From a phage: a stretch of DNA of 64,000 nucleotides. The notes beneath the pieces are model-generated. The model ran no database searches and was not told the origin of the DNA. It saw only the letters and a list, made by a program, of their open reading frames with translations. The stretch's first letter is position 1, and every line of letters begins with the position of its first letter. The stretch is from the sequence record NC_100372.1. The stretch is one strand, 5' to 3'. A program made the position numbers and the translations under genes. This document shows positions 24,296 to 34,473 of this stretch, in pieces.

Positions 24296-26368
24296 TTATG
24301 AGAAGTCTGGCGGAACAACATCTTCTACATACCCTTTCAGAGCAACCTGCCCCATATGCAGAACAGTAGAATCTCTGGCGGTAACAGTGATGCTGTCAGA
24401 CATTACTTGCGGGTATGCCCACACATACTGTTTTACCTCAGGGTATCTATACTCTATGGTTGCCATGTTTCCGCAAATACATCTCCATAAAAATTCTTGG
24501 TAATTCCTGGTTGGGTCGTAGCCATATACCGGAGCAAGCTCTTTGCTAGGAACGAACCCTGCAAGGTATTGTATTTCAGACGGTTTCCAACCTAACTTAA
24601 CGATAGGTATGTTTACAGACTCTTTTGCCTTTTCAATACCTCCCTGCATCACCCAATCGTAGCACTCAGTGCAGAAGAAATCAAGAGCACCTGCTTCCTT
24701 TTTATATTGGTCAGCAAGGTTCAGTTTTTGCGTAAGCTCGGTTTCCATAATAGTGGGGAAAAACAGTAAAGCTGTCATCTGAGCCGATGCAGCGTGTGCT
24801 TTTATTGCCTTTGAAATGGCTGCAATACGAGCGCCAAGCTTACCACGACAAAATGCTACATACTTGTCATAAACACCGCCAGTTTTAGGATCGTCAATAG
24901 TCCCAATGTCTAGTGCATATTCACCAGTCTCATCATAAAACGCCTGCTTTGTAGGGTAGTCATAAATACAAGGCTTACGAGTATCGGTATTGAACCACCA
25001 CCACGGTTCACCAATCTGCATAATCACTGGCAGGTTGTTTCTCATAGCGGCTGATGCAAAATTCTTAAATACTGCAGTAAGGAAATTCATGCCCTCTTCA
25101 ATGGTTGGAGACAGGAGGTAACTACAAGGCGTATAGCCTGTTTTAGCATAGTTATCGTTCCAGTCTCTCTGGGTCCATTCCAACGGACAGGCATCGCTAT
25201 AAAGCTCAAAGCTTACAGACTGCATAACGTCGAAGTCATGTCGTTTGGCATTGTACATAAAATCATCATGCCATTTATAAGCTGCAGCGTTTAGAGCTCC
25301 TGTTTTGTTTATAGACCATTGGGTTCCTGACCATGTGTAGTCATAATAATGGCTCATACCAACATAATGGTTTATGGTTCCTGTATAGCCCAGACGCTTG
25401 ATATTGCTCAACACCCTTAAAGGGGATACGTTCCACATATCGTCATATGCTGTGCAGATCCCAACATCGTGTTCTTTCACCTGAATATTGTTAAGTTGCA
25501 TCATTTTCCAGCCTGTGTCCGGCTGAAGAAGATCTAGACGCAACTCACACTCTACATTTTCCGTTCTCGGGTCTGTGCTATTACCTACCCAATCTTTAGG
25601 CATAAGTGGTATTAGAATCCTTCTCACCTGCCGAGGATCAACACCCATCATGTTGTTGTTCTGGTCCATCCCGACGCAGTCCTCGAAATCAATATGAATT
25701 TCTGCAACATTCTTATCCTCTGAGATGCTGACAGCATATTGAGCTAAAGGAACATAGATGATTGTACCATCAACAAGGTCTACAGTCATAATCATCTTTT
25801 CAGGGGTGGAGAAGTTGCTGGCATTGGTTATTGACATTCTGAACCAAAGCTTGGTGTTTCTCATCTCGTAGTGATCATCAAATCCAATGCCGAAATGGTC
25901 ATACTTGTCAACTGTTTCCCAAATGCACCCAGCCATGCCCCCATATGTTCTTGACACTAAACGGTTAATACAGCAGTTATTATCCGCAACAATACAGGTG
26001 CTTTCAGTCTGCTGTGTGGTTGTAACCCAGTATCTTGGGTGAAACATTCTCTCCTCAACGGTATCCCAAGATATTCTGTCAAGATTCTCATCTGAAACTA
26101 TTGTACATTTCGCTCTTTGTGTTCCAATCATAACCCCTTGGGAGTTTGATGAAAACTCCATAAAGAAGCTTCTTGGCAACCTGTTTGGCAATTTGTCAAC
26201 AATTTCTACAGGGATCTCAATACTGGTTGCCCCAACCGGGATAGTTACATCGCCCTCAACATGATCATAATCCCTACCCGGAACTGCAGTATCCTGAACT
26301 GTGCGGTAATGAAACCGTGCAGCCATTGTAGAGTAATCACGGTAAGGTTTAAAAACAGCTGTTGCCAT
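24296..26368 (-). CDS. tail-associated protein with Calx-beta-like N-terminus and putative glycosidase-like body
   Basis: 690 aa. N-terminus PGRDYDHVEGDVTIPVGATSIEIPVEIVD is Calx-beta-like; remainder Trp/Tyr-rich, reminiscent of carbohydrate-active enzymes. Assignment by pattern only. Confidence 0.4.
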   Translation of the reverse strand: MATAVFKPYRDYSTMAARFHYRTVQDTAVPGRDYDHVEGDVTIPVGATSIEIPVEIVDKLPNRLPRSFFMEFSSNSQGVMIGTQRAKCTIVSDENLDRISWDTVEERMFHPRYWVTTTQQTESTCIVADNNCCINRLVSRTYGGMAGCIWETVDKYDHFGIGFDDHYEMRNTKLWFRMSITNASNFSTPEKMIMTVDLVDGTIIYVPLAQYAVSISEDKNVAEIHIDFEDCVGMDQNNNMMGVDPRQVRRILIPLMPKDWVGNSTDPRTENVECELRLDLLQPDTGWKMMQLNNIQVKEHDVGICTAYDDMWNVSPLRVLSNIKRLGYTGTINHYVGMSHYYDYTWSGTQWSINKTGALNAAAYKWHDDFMYNAKRHDFDVMQSVSFELYSDACPLEWTQRDWNDNYAKTGYTPCSYLLSPTIEEGMNFLTAVFKNFASAAMRNNLPVIMQIGEPWWWFNTDTRKPCIYDYPTKQAFYDETGEYALDIGTIDDPKTGGVYDKYVAFCRGKLGARIAAISKAIKAHAASAQMTALLFFPTIMETELTQKLNLADQYKKEAGALDFFCTECYDWVMQGGIEKAKESVNIPIVKLGWKPSEIQYLAGFVPSKELAPVYGYDPTRNYQEFLWRCICGNMATIEYRYPEVKQYVWAYPQVMSDSITVTARDSTVLHMGQVALKGYVEDVVPPDFS

Positions 26369-27054
26369 TAACCCTCCTGTCTAGTTGCGTTTACTGTAAT
26401 ACTTTCACAATAAATAGTTGTGGTATCCCAATCAGGTCTTACGTCAGGGACATATAACAAAGTAGCCAGCCCACCAACCCCGAACTGGTTTTCTTCCCAC
26501 ACTGATCCGAAGCCGAGAGCTGTAGAGTCCCCTTCAAAACCAAAAGCTTGCCCTTGCGACTCCGTAAGACGCAAATGACAAGGCAATGGCAGCATATCTA
26601 AGATCTGGTCGATAGACTGCAATATGTCAAAGCAAGTTTTTCTAATGTTTATGTCAAACCTGAAATTGTCACCTTTCCACGTATCGAAATTGTCTCTTCC
26701 GAACAATTGTCGCAAGGTGGAGATGACATCTTCGCGAGTCCCACCCCTTGATGCTGCTGCTTGCTGAATAACCAGGGTAGCACGAAAATCCGCATCTGAA
26801 AGCCCATTCCGAAGAATACCGAGTTGATTACCAACTTCGTCAAGGTATCTCCCGCTGGCATTGTTAAGCAATCTTCCTTCAGCCAAGCCTACCAGCATTT
26901 TATCAACATCCTCCAACCTTTTAAGGTACACGGTTAAGAATGTGACTAAATTAACCTTCTCAGCCAGAAAATCTCCAGGCAGGTAATCAAGACCTCCCTG
27001 AACAAAATCTGGCAGAGTGTGGATGTGGTTGACATCCGACTTAATCTCTGCCAT
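26368..27054 (-). CDS. baseplate/tail protein
   Basis: 228 aa; 1-nt overlap with next gene; downstream of baseplate J-like gene. Confidence 0.4.
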   Translation of the reverse strand: MAEIKSDVNHIHTLPDFVQGGLDYLPGDFLAEKVNLVTFLTVYLKRLEDVDKMLVGLAEGRLLNNASGRYLDEVGNQLGILRNGLSDADFRATLVIQQAAASRGGTREDVISTLRQLFGRDNFDTWKGDNFRFDINIRKTCFDILQSIDQILDMLPLPCHLRLTESQGQAFGFEGDSTALGFGSVWEENQFGVGGLATLLYVPDVRPDWDTTTIYCESITVNATRQEG

Positions 27055-27065
27055 ATCTCACCGCC

Positions 27066-28556
27066 TTAAATAGTTTGTTGGAAAGTTATATTACTTTCGT
27101 CTAGGTCAAACACCTCAGTCATGTTTGCAACAATATCGTTTGTAGTGTAAGCTTCATCAGAGGCTCCCACAGGTTTTACTTGAATCACAAGTCTGTTAAA
27201 TCTGCCTATTGACACAGCAGCTGATGCAGCACCAACCAATTGGATATTGTACAACGTATCTGCAACATCCAGTCCGTTAACAACCTGCAAAAGAGCCTCT
27301 ACAATGGCATCTTTTTCGGTTGTGGAAAGCGCAGCACCTGAGTAGGTAATTCTTACATCTAGGCGGTAGGTATTTGCCTTGGAGTAATAAATCCTTTCAG
27401 TCTGACCGTCTGATGTGGTAATATCGTAGAAGATATTCCCATAAGTTCTGTTTGTGCAAGCTATGGTTTGATACAGCGCCTGACAGATATCCTCTGTTGC
27501 ACCACCAAACACCACCACTTGAAACTTATAAGGTGGTATACCTTTCGCATCCGTTTTATCGGTGTTGTTAGAGAACACTCTTACTTTCTCAACACCTTTC
27601 ACCTCGCTTACAGCGCTAAGAATTGCAGGACGGGTAGCTTTAGATGTCAGCTGTTTAGTGCTGGAAGCTCTTAAGCGATACTCAGAGTCTTTCTCAACAT
27701 CCCTACCCTCATTGAATCTTTCTCGGTTGGTAAGCTTGATAAATCCACTGGGAGTAGGTGACATTGTTGTCACGGTTTCTGCCTCTCTTGACAGCTCACC
27801 AGCCTCGTTAGCGATAACATCTAGGGTGATAGTTCTTTCCCCTACAATCGGGGATACTCTGAAATCTACCCTGCTATTAAGTCCAACTTGATCAAGATTC
27901 GAATTGTACCCTATCCACAACGTCCCTGTCAACATATCTATCTGAATTAAATCATCATTCAGCAGGGTTGTATTATCGACAATGAATTGCTTAATCTCAC
28001 CGTAAAAGCTTGGCAAATCAGAAGAGTCCAGAGCCTTATCTGTTAAAACCAGACTTTTTGTTTTGATACTTCCGTCTGTCTGGTTGGTAATTTGAAAGTT
28101 GTATTTCCCAATTCTTAGGTCTGGAGCGTTTATTCTGTGAGCAATAAGATTTCCCGCCACCTGCACATCGTTGCTAAGAACAAAGTTGCCACTGTCCAGC
28201 GTATAAGTTTTGGAATCATAAATCATATTGTATGGCACAGTTGTGTTGATTGTCAACTGGCAGGTACCTGATGATTTAGAACGGCCTCTTCGGTAAATAC
28301 CCTGTCTTCCAAGAAGCTCATCCAGGTAAATACCTTCTGCCCCATACAGCGTCTGCGATGCGTATACAGATGCTGCCATAAGAATAAGTTGATACTCTCG
28401 CTCGTTGAAGATAGTGGTCAGCTTATCTGCAACGGAGTTACTCTGTACGTTGAAGTTTTCGCCAAAAGCACGGATCAGGCTTTGCTTAGTTTCAACGATT
28501 AGGTCATTTAGGGTTGGTATAACGAAACCAGCCTCTGTCAATCCATACTTAGCCAC
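27066..28556 (-). CDS. baseplate J-like protein
   Basis: 496 aa; size, position and overall composition fit baseplate wedge (gpJ / gp6-like) proteins. Low-resolution call. Confidence 0.4.
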   Translation of the reverse strand: MAKYGLTEAGFVIPTLNDLIVETKQSLIRAFGENFNVQSNSVADKLTTIFNEREYQLILMAASVYASQTLYGAEGIYLDELLGRQGIYRRGRSKSSGTCQLTINTTVPYNMIYDSKTYTLDSGNFVLSNDVQVAGNLIAHRINAPDLRIGKYNFQITNQTDGSIKTKSLVLTDKALDSSDLPSFYGEIKQFIVDNTTLLNDDLIQIDMLTGTLWIGYNSNLDQVGLNSRVDFRVSPIVGERTITLDVIANEAGELSREAETVTTMSPTPSGFIKLTNRERFNEGRDVEKDSEYRLRASSTKQLTSKATRPAILSAVSEVKGVEKVRVFSNNTDKTDAKGIPPYKFQVVVFGGATEDICQALYQTIACTNRTYGNIFYDITTSDGQTERIYYSKANTYRLDVRITYSGAALSTTEKDAIVEALLQVVNGLDVADTLYNIQLVGAASAAVSIGRFNRLVIQVKPVGASDEAYTTNDIVANMTEVFDLDESNITFQQTI

Positions 28557-28623
28557 GTCACTCCTCCGGTATGAAAATCTCTACAAGGTATTTTACCAAA
28601 TTTTGTAACAATAGTCAATCTGA

Positions 28624-28656
28624 GCATAAAAATAAACCCCGCCGAAGCGGGGCTTT
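28624..28656 (-). terminator. intrinsic terminator (RNA CCCCGC-UUCG-GCGGGG then UUUAUUUUUAU)
   Basis: Same 16-nt hairpin core as at 2501-2516; immediately downstream of stop of 28661..32806. Confidence 0.55.
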
Positions 28657-28660
28657 ACTG

Positions 28661-31600
28661 TTAGTCGTGAGACTCATTCCAAGGACCTTGGAAACTTGAG
28701 TTAGAACGACTTACAACGACTGTAGGACAAGATATTGTAATGCCTGTCACGTTCCCTGTTGACCATGGTGTGTAAATCTCGATAATAATGTCTATAGTTT
28801 GTTCATCTAGACCTGTTATCCCAACTGCACACATGCCATCGTTATCGTTTCCGTACTTCTTGCCAGCAAGTAGTTGGTGACCAGCTATCCACGCATTTAG
28901 TTGAGAGTTGGCACGAGTACCGTTCAGTTTAAAGAAGAATGTTACGTTTTTACCTTGGCCTTGCACGTTGTCCACATATCTCCACCTCCAACGGCAAACC
29001 CTTTGCTGCGAGTTATATACTGGAGCACAATCTCCGTAAGTCCTGTGTGCAACAATCGCACCTTCGAACTGGTTAGCACGGATAACGGAAGCTTCTACAC
29101 GTCCACGGAATGTACCTCCTGTTGCATCTATGGTCCCTCTAAAGCTACCATTGTTGGCATAAACATCTCCACGGAAGGTACCACTGGTGGCGTTAACTGC
29201 CCCTGTGAAGTTACCTGCACTAGCGTTGATGTTACCTTTCACCCACACATCCATAAACTGGGCGTGCCCGTTCTTGTTAATATACCAACCGTATTTGTGG
29301 TACCCGTTGCCATCGTAGTTGTTTGACGAAATTTCTTGCGCGATCTTGGCAGAAGAGATCGTGCCGTTCTCTATAAAAGCGTCTTTCAAGAACGCTTGGT
29401 TGTTCTTGATTGCGAAAGCAAGGGTTGCTGTTCCATTGCCTGGGTTGTATACCGCAAAGTTGTTTGCGCTAACCATGAAATATGACTGAACTTGGCCTCC
29501 AGAGCCTTCCATGCCTAACTGGATACCTGCCACATACTTATTCCCTGCGGAGTCTACCTGTATTTTTGTGCCCCATTGAGCATTTACTTTGCCCTCTAAG
29601 TCGGTCACAGCCTTAGATGTTGTAGCCACTGCAGCTCTGAGTTCGGTCACATCTCCAACATCATCAATAATCTCCTGCTTAGCAACAGCAAGTTCTTGAC
29701 GAATAGCTGACGCTGTGCCATTAATAAGGTCAACAGTAGACTTATTAGTTTCAGAAATATTCGCAGACAATTCTTTCTTAGTCTGAGTCAGCTTATTATC
29801 CAACCCGGTAATGTTATTGGTGTTGGTTGTAATCTGCCCTTTAGCAGTGGTTAACTGCTCAGTCAAAGCTGCCGTTTTCTGATTCAATAGGTCAGTTGTG
29901 GCCTTGTTGGTGGTAGAAATCAACGTATTAAGATCAGACTTGGCGGTGTTTATCTTACCATCAAGCGTGGTGTAGTTTTTGGACACTGTGGCGTTGGTCT
30001 GGCTAATCTTCTGGTCAAGAGTCTCAGAAGTTCTGTTCAGCAAGTCCACAGTGGCCTGGTTAGTGCTCAGAATGCTCGCATCCAACTCAGATCTTTGAGT
30101 ATTCAACTTGCCCTCTAGGCTCTTATCACCAGCCAGATAGCCTTTTTCAACATCTCCGATCTGCTCAGTCAACTCTCCCTGTGCAGCAACCAGTTTTTCA
30201 TCCAACGCCTCTGTTTTCTTATTAAGAAGATCAGTGGTGGATTTGTTGGTTGACTCAATCAAGGATGATAGTTTAGCACTCTCATTCTGCAGGTTGTTGG
30301 TCAACTCACCTTTCGCTGCTGTCAGCTTATTGTCTAAAGCCTCGGTTTTCCGATTAAGGAGATCTGTAGTCGTTTTATTGGTTGAAACAATCAGAGAGTT
30401 CAGCTCAGAGCTTTCCTGTGCCAAAGCATCTTCCAATTCACCCCTTGTTGAAACAATCTTCTCGTCCAAAGCTTCGGTTTTCTGATTTAACAGATCGGTT
30501 GTAGCTTTGTTAGTGGTCTGTATTAGAGAAGTCAGCTTACCACTTTCTTTAGAAAGATCATCTGCAAACTTGTTCTGAGTGGCTACCAGTTTCTGGTCTA
30601 GAGTGGTAAGCGTTCCATTAACGTCCTGGAAGTTGTCGTGGGTTTCTTGGATGAATATTCCAACCCTATCCCCCAACTGAGCATACAGCTTGTCTACTCT
30701 AGAGAACTCACCTTCCATGTGGTCAAAAGCCTCGTCAACTCTACCATCCATGTACCTGTTAAGTTCTGTGACACGATTTTCAACCTCTTCGATAGAGGAA
30801 TCTAAAGTGCTCATCAACTCTTTATAAGTTTCTGTCTTTTTAAATTCAGCATCTATCTGAGGCATCAAATCTTCAATAGAGGTGTAGCAGCGTGCAGCGC
30901 ATTCTATAAACTGAGAACTACCAAAAGCGTTTGTGGTTCGAATATACCAATAATAGATCTTATCATTCTGCAGACCTTCAGATGTCCAAGTTGAACCAAC
31001 ACCCATACGAGTGGCTTTTGAAGTAACGGTTGCATCACTTGTGTCTGGCAGCCTTGTCATACCAGATGTCCAAAAGTCATACTGGGTGCTTACACTTGCT
31101 AAGTCCCTGCTGTGCGGAATCAAGGTGATAGCAAAGTATCCCTGCTTAACTTCTACAGAAACCGGAGCTTCAGGTGCCTGAATGTTAAACTCGCAGTAAG
31201 CTTCTGGAGATACACCACCTTTATAAGATGTTGCAACCACGGTTGCTGTGTATGATCCTTTGGTCAATCCTTCTACACGGACAAACTGCTCAACTGTCTG
31301 TGCTGTCCAAATAATCTCTCCGTTCTTTCTTACCTGCACAATATTTTGAGCATAAGTTCCAACGTTGTCCCAAGCCAAAACACCATGAGTTACTTCCCCA
31401 GCTTGAAGAACAGAGTATCTGAAGTTTTGCGGTTGAGCTACGCCGGACGGGGATATCGGAATATCCACATCTCCAGAATCCGGAAGTTGCCCTGTGGCAT
31501 CATTCCACTCTTTAGCATCTTGACGGAGTTTTACCTTGACACCGCCCTTTTTGGTGAACTCCCACTCAAGAACCCTCATTTCTTGGCCCACTATACCAAT

Positions 31601-32806
31601 ACTTGGAAGGTCCATCGTAACGTAACGCCCAGGCTTAAATTTAAAACCCCGCATATTGCAGGTTACTTCAATAATCCTACCAGCTCTGGCACGTCTTAAG
31701 AAGATTGCAGAAACACGCTGAGCTTGATAAGGACTGGTAACAAAGCGATAATCTATATCGATTATCTTTCTTTCTCCATCCTTCTCTATCCACTCTGGGA
31801 CAAACACTGATGGAAAATCTGTTTCAGAATACCCTTTAGCCGGACTAGTGAATCTGCCAGTTATTGTGTTGGATCTTTTGTCGAAGGAGGCTTCAGGATA
31901 GATCTTAACCTCACCGCAAACACAGTCCTCACTCAGTGTCATTGTTGCCGGGCCATAGTATGCACCTACCAGCAGACCATATTTGCCAGCTACATAGCTA
32001 AGGTCTGCACCACAAGCTTTCAGCATCTCTGCCATAATGCTTGCTGGTGCTTCATCCATGTCGAACTCGCCATTAATGGTGTAACGGCGCTCACTGGTTC
32101 CGTCCGCGTTTTTTACAGCCTCGTCGCATATGTTGGCAGCTTCCTTGAAGGACTCCCAGTTGATGGTTTCGTCAGGACATTTAAGGTACGTTCTTAGGTA
32201 GTCCAGAATCACCAGGGCAGCGTTATTGGTATGCACCTCTTTACTGATACGAGGATCATAACATTTTTTACCAACCTTGACGAGTGTAACGTTTGGCAAC
32301 CCAAAAGGAAACTTGTTAGGGTCAAACTTGAAGCTGGCACGTAGCCAACTGATCCCTCTACCTATCATGTCCGGTGTCCACGAAGGGCAGTGTGTGCCCA
32401 TGAAAGGATCAGAGGTTTTTCTGTCGTTATGTAGCTCCCAAGATACCAAATCTCCATATGAGGAAATAGGATTACCGTCGATAAGTATATCTTCTATACC
32501 TTCCAAGGGATGATTGGCAAGAACAATAGCACAATGAAGGGTTCTGTCCCTGTCCTGCTCCAAAAACGCAAGCAATCCAGATGTGCGTGTCTTCCCATAC
32601 ACTACAGAGCAAGGTGCAGCAGAAGATCTGAGAAGCTTTTGTCTATCTTGCTGACTTCTGTAAGATTTGTTACCTTCGAAAATCTTATCCAAGGTTCTGG
32701 TGGTAACAGTGTTCAGGCTGTCAGCCAGAGCTGCCTTGGATGCGTTCCAGTCATAGCTCGAAGATCTTGCAGAAGCAACGATGTTATCAATCATTGCAAT
32801 TGGCAT
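28661..32806 (-). CDS. large tail/baseplate protein with repeated coiled-coil segments
   Basis: 1381 aa; about eight repeats of TTDLLNQKTEALDEKL-type ~35-aa units in the middle; beta-rich C-terminus; N-terminal third resembles phage central-fibre / host-specificity proteins. Confidence 0.5.
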   Translation of the reverse strand: MPIAMIDNIVASARSSSYDWNASKAALADSLNTVTTRTLDKIFEGNKSYRSQQDRQKLLRSSAAPCSVVYGKTRTSGLLAFLEQDRDRTLHCAIVLANHPLEGIEDILIDGNPISSYGDLVSWELHNDRKTSDPFMGTHCPSWTPDMIGRGISWLRASFKFDPNKFPFGLPNVTLVKVGKKCYDPRISKEVHTNNAALVILDYLRTYLKCPDETINWESFKEAANICDEAVKNADGTSERRYTINGEFDMDEAPASIMAEMLKACGADLSYVAGKYGLLVGAYYGPATMTLSEDCVCGEVKIYPEASFDKRSNTITGRFTSPAKGYSETDFPSVFVPEWIEKDGERKIIDIDYRFVTSPYQAQRVSAIFLRRARAGRIIEVTCNMRGFKFKPGRYVTMDLPSIGIVGQEMRVLEWEFTKKGGVKVKLRQDAKEWNDATGQLPDSGDVDIPISPSGVAQPQNFRYSVLQAGEVTHGVLAWDNVGTYAQNIVQVRKNGEIIWTAQTVEQFVRVEGLTKGSYTATVVATSYKGGVSPEAYCEFNIQAPEAPVSVEVKQGYFAITLIPHSRDLASVSTQYDFWTSGMTRLPDTSDATVTSKATRMGVGSTWTSEGLQNDKIYYWYIRTTNAFGSSQFIECAARCYTSIEDLMPQIDAEFKKTETYKELMSTLDSSIEEVENRVTELNRYMDGRVDEAFDHMEGEFSRVDKLYAQLGDRVGIFIQETHDNFQDVNGTLTTLDQKLVATQNKFADDLSKESGKLTSLIQTTNKATTDLLNQKTEALDEKIVSTRGELEDALAQESSELNSLIVSTNKTTTDLLNRKTEALDNKLTAAKGELTNNLQNESAKLSSLIESTNKSTTDLLNKKTEALDEKLVAAQGELTEQIGDVEKGYLAGDKSLEGKLNTQRSELDASILSTNQATVDLLNRTSETLDQKISQTNATVSKNYTTLDGKINTAKSDLNTLISTTNKATTDLLNQKTAALTEQLTTAKGQITTNTNNITGLDNKLTQTKKELSANISETNKSTVDLINGTASAIRQELAVAKQEIIDDVGDVTELRAAVATTSKAVTDLEGKVNAQWGTKIQVDSAGNKYVAGIQLGMEGSGGQVQSYFMVSANNFAVYNPGNGTATLAFAIKNNQAFLKDAFIENGTISSAKIAQEISSNNYDGNGYHKYGWYINKNGHAQFMDVWVKGNINASAGNFTGAVNATSGTFRGDVYANNGSFRGTIDATGGTFRGRVEASVIRANQFEGAIVAHRTYGDCAPVYNSQQRVCRWRWRYVDNVQGQGKNVTFFFKLNGTRANSQLNAWIAGHQLLAGKKYGNDNDGMCAVGITGLDEQTIDIIIEIYTPWSTGNVTGITISCPTVVVSRSNSSFQGPWNESHD

Positions 32807-33243
32807 TAATACCTCCAGACATCAACAACGATAGAATCTTTCATGTCGAACATAAAGATCCCTTTATCACCTTTCGCCCAAATCTGATTGTTCCAGAACA
32901 CACCAGCGGTGAGCCCGTTCAGACCTTCGAAAATAACAATATCGCCACGCTGAACCTGTTTAGGAGTATCCAGTCGAGTCAAAAAGAGATCAAAAATAGT
33001 AGGCAGATGTGTGGTTTTGAAACGAAGCATGCACCATCTCTTGCTTTCCAACTCTGTTTTATACGTTCCTTCAAAGTTAGAAAGAAAATCTGTTCCGTAT
33101 TGGGCATCAACACACTTAGCCGCAAAAGTGCAGCAATCGTGGAATCCCCATTCAAACGGGACGGTGGCTTCTTCGTCAAACACTTTCCACAATCTTTCTT
33201 GCCAGTCCACTAAACGAGGGTGTGTGCTCATTAAACCTCCCAA
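32806..33243 (-). CDS. small tail-associated protein
   Basis: 145 aa; 1-nt overlap with downstream large gene. Confidence 0.35.
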   Translation of the reverse strand: MGGLMSTHPRLVDWQERLWKVFDEEATVPFEWGFHDCCTFAAKCVDAQYGTDFLSNFEGTYKTELESKRWCMLRFKTTHLPTIFDLFLTRLDTPKQVQRGDIVIFEGLNGLTAGVFWNNQIWAKGDKGIFMFDMKDSIVVDVWRY

Positions 33244-33797
33244 ATGATCGGGCGGCTTGCCACCTGATCCACATATTTAAAAAATCTGTCATTATCGTTT
33301 CTTGAGCTATGGCTCTCCTCTGTGTATCGATAAGGAAAACCTCTTAACCAGCTGTTGAAGATGGAAGATATGGATATGGACAAAGCACTATTCTCCCCTG
33401 TCTGAATAGCCATGTCTGTTATAAGGCCGTCAAACAAGCCATTGGTTGTAACAGGTAAACCATTCTCCATGGCTGTGATATACAACGTGGCACGACAACC
33501 CGAATACTCTGTCTTCAGCAGATCACCTACATACTTGGGATCAAACCCGTTCAATGTTGCTACCACAGACCCAAAGTTGGTGGCATCTTTCTCAGATACA
33601 GCAGTCAATGTTGCTGATCCCCCTATCCCTATAAAATGTTGCCCCTCAATCACCACAACACCAGTTCCTGAGCACACCCTAACAGTCCCTGTTGGTAGCT
33701 CTAGCTTTGCAGCAATTAAGATCTCAACACTATCAAGCTCCAGCTTTTCAAGAAATAAATTATCTAATGGCGCTCTAATCATCTTAGAAATCCTCAA
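33231..33797 (-). CDS. tail/baseplate protein
   Basis: 188 aa; overlapping-stop coupling with neighbours in structural module. Confidence 0.4.
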   Translation of the reverse strand: MRISKMIRAPLDNLFLEKLELDSVEILIAAKLELPTGTVRVCSGTGVVVIEGQHFIGIGGSATLTAVSEKDATNFGSVVATLNGFDPKYVGDLLKTEYSGCRATLYITAMENGLPVTTNGLFDGLITDMAIQTGENSALSISISSIFNSWLRGFPYRYTEESHSSRNDNDRFFKYVDQVASRPIIWEV

Positions 33798-34374
33798 AGA
33801 AGTTGATAACTATATTATCACCTTTTTGCATAGCATCGACTTTTTGCTTAATTTTATAAATATCCCTGATATGAAACCTACCCTTTGGGGATTGAGTTAT
33901 TATCTTCATAGTGTCCCCTGCGGCAATAGGTTTTCTAAGTCTTGGAGATATGCTTATAACAGCAGACCCAACACCATCGCTGCGCACTGGAGCTGTTACC
34001 ACTTTCAATTCATCGTTAACAGATATTTTATCCCCAGCTCTAGCTATGTCTCTGTTTGGCTCCCATCCGACCGTCTTCAAAAAATCGTCGTTACCAGTAG
34101 GCCCAAGGGCGATTGGCTCATTAGCTGTTACTGAGTGACCGTACGTTTTAATAAGAAAAATGTTCCCATCTTTATACACCTGATCAACAAAGCTCTTAAG
34201 CTCTAGCAGCTGTGACTCGCTGATATTGGAAACCGTCAAAGTGCCTTTCCAGTTAGGTGTGGCATAGGTCACTTTTTGCGTTTTACCTGTAAACGGACTT
34301 TTAAACGTAACAATATCTGCCAGCAGCTCCAATCTGATGTCTGGAAGGTATCTAGGCCTTTCCCATAAAAACAT
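33784..34374 (-). CDS. tail/baseplate protein
   Basis: 196 aa; in structural module. Confidence 0.4.
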   Translation of the reverse strand: MFLWERPRYLPDIRLELLADIVTFKSPFTGKTQKVTYATPNWKGTLTVSNISESQLLELKSFVDQVYKDGNIFLIKTYGHSVTANEPIALGPTGNDDFLKTVGWEPNRDIARAGDKISVNDELKVVTAPVRSDGVGSAVISISPRLRKPIAAGDTMKIITQSPKGRFHIRDIYKIKQKVDAMQKGDNIVINFFEDF

Positions 34375-34435
34375 TGTGCCTCCAGGTTAAACAATCATGA
34401 TAGTTATTTTACCAGATTTTGAGTTAATACGCAAT

Positions 34436-34466
34436 ACAAACAAAAAGCCCCCGCCGAAGCGAGGGC
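34436..34466 (-). terminator. intrinsic terminator (RNA GCCCUCGC-UUCG-GCGGGGGC then UUUUUGUUUGU)
   Basis: Variant of the CCCCGC-UUCG-GCGGGG core, downstream of stop of 34474..38283. Confidence 0.5.
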
Positions 34467-34473
34467 AAAACAG

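Noticed and set aside
33412-34138. Plus-strand ORFs (240 aa and 75 aa) antisense to tail genes 33231..34374
   Set aside because: Overlap three coupled minus-strand genes; Ser/Pro-rich low-complexity translation; no start context.
28661-34374. Reading of the 1381-aa protein and the three small genes upstream as a lambda-like siphovirus tail tip (L-K-I-J)
   Set aside because: The same operon encodes a sheath-sized protein plus tube, a gpV-type spike with C-terminal HxH motif and a baseplate J-like protein, so a contractile-tail baseplate is the more coherent interpretation; the 1381-aa protein is kept as a large baseplate or fibre protein.
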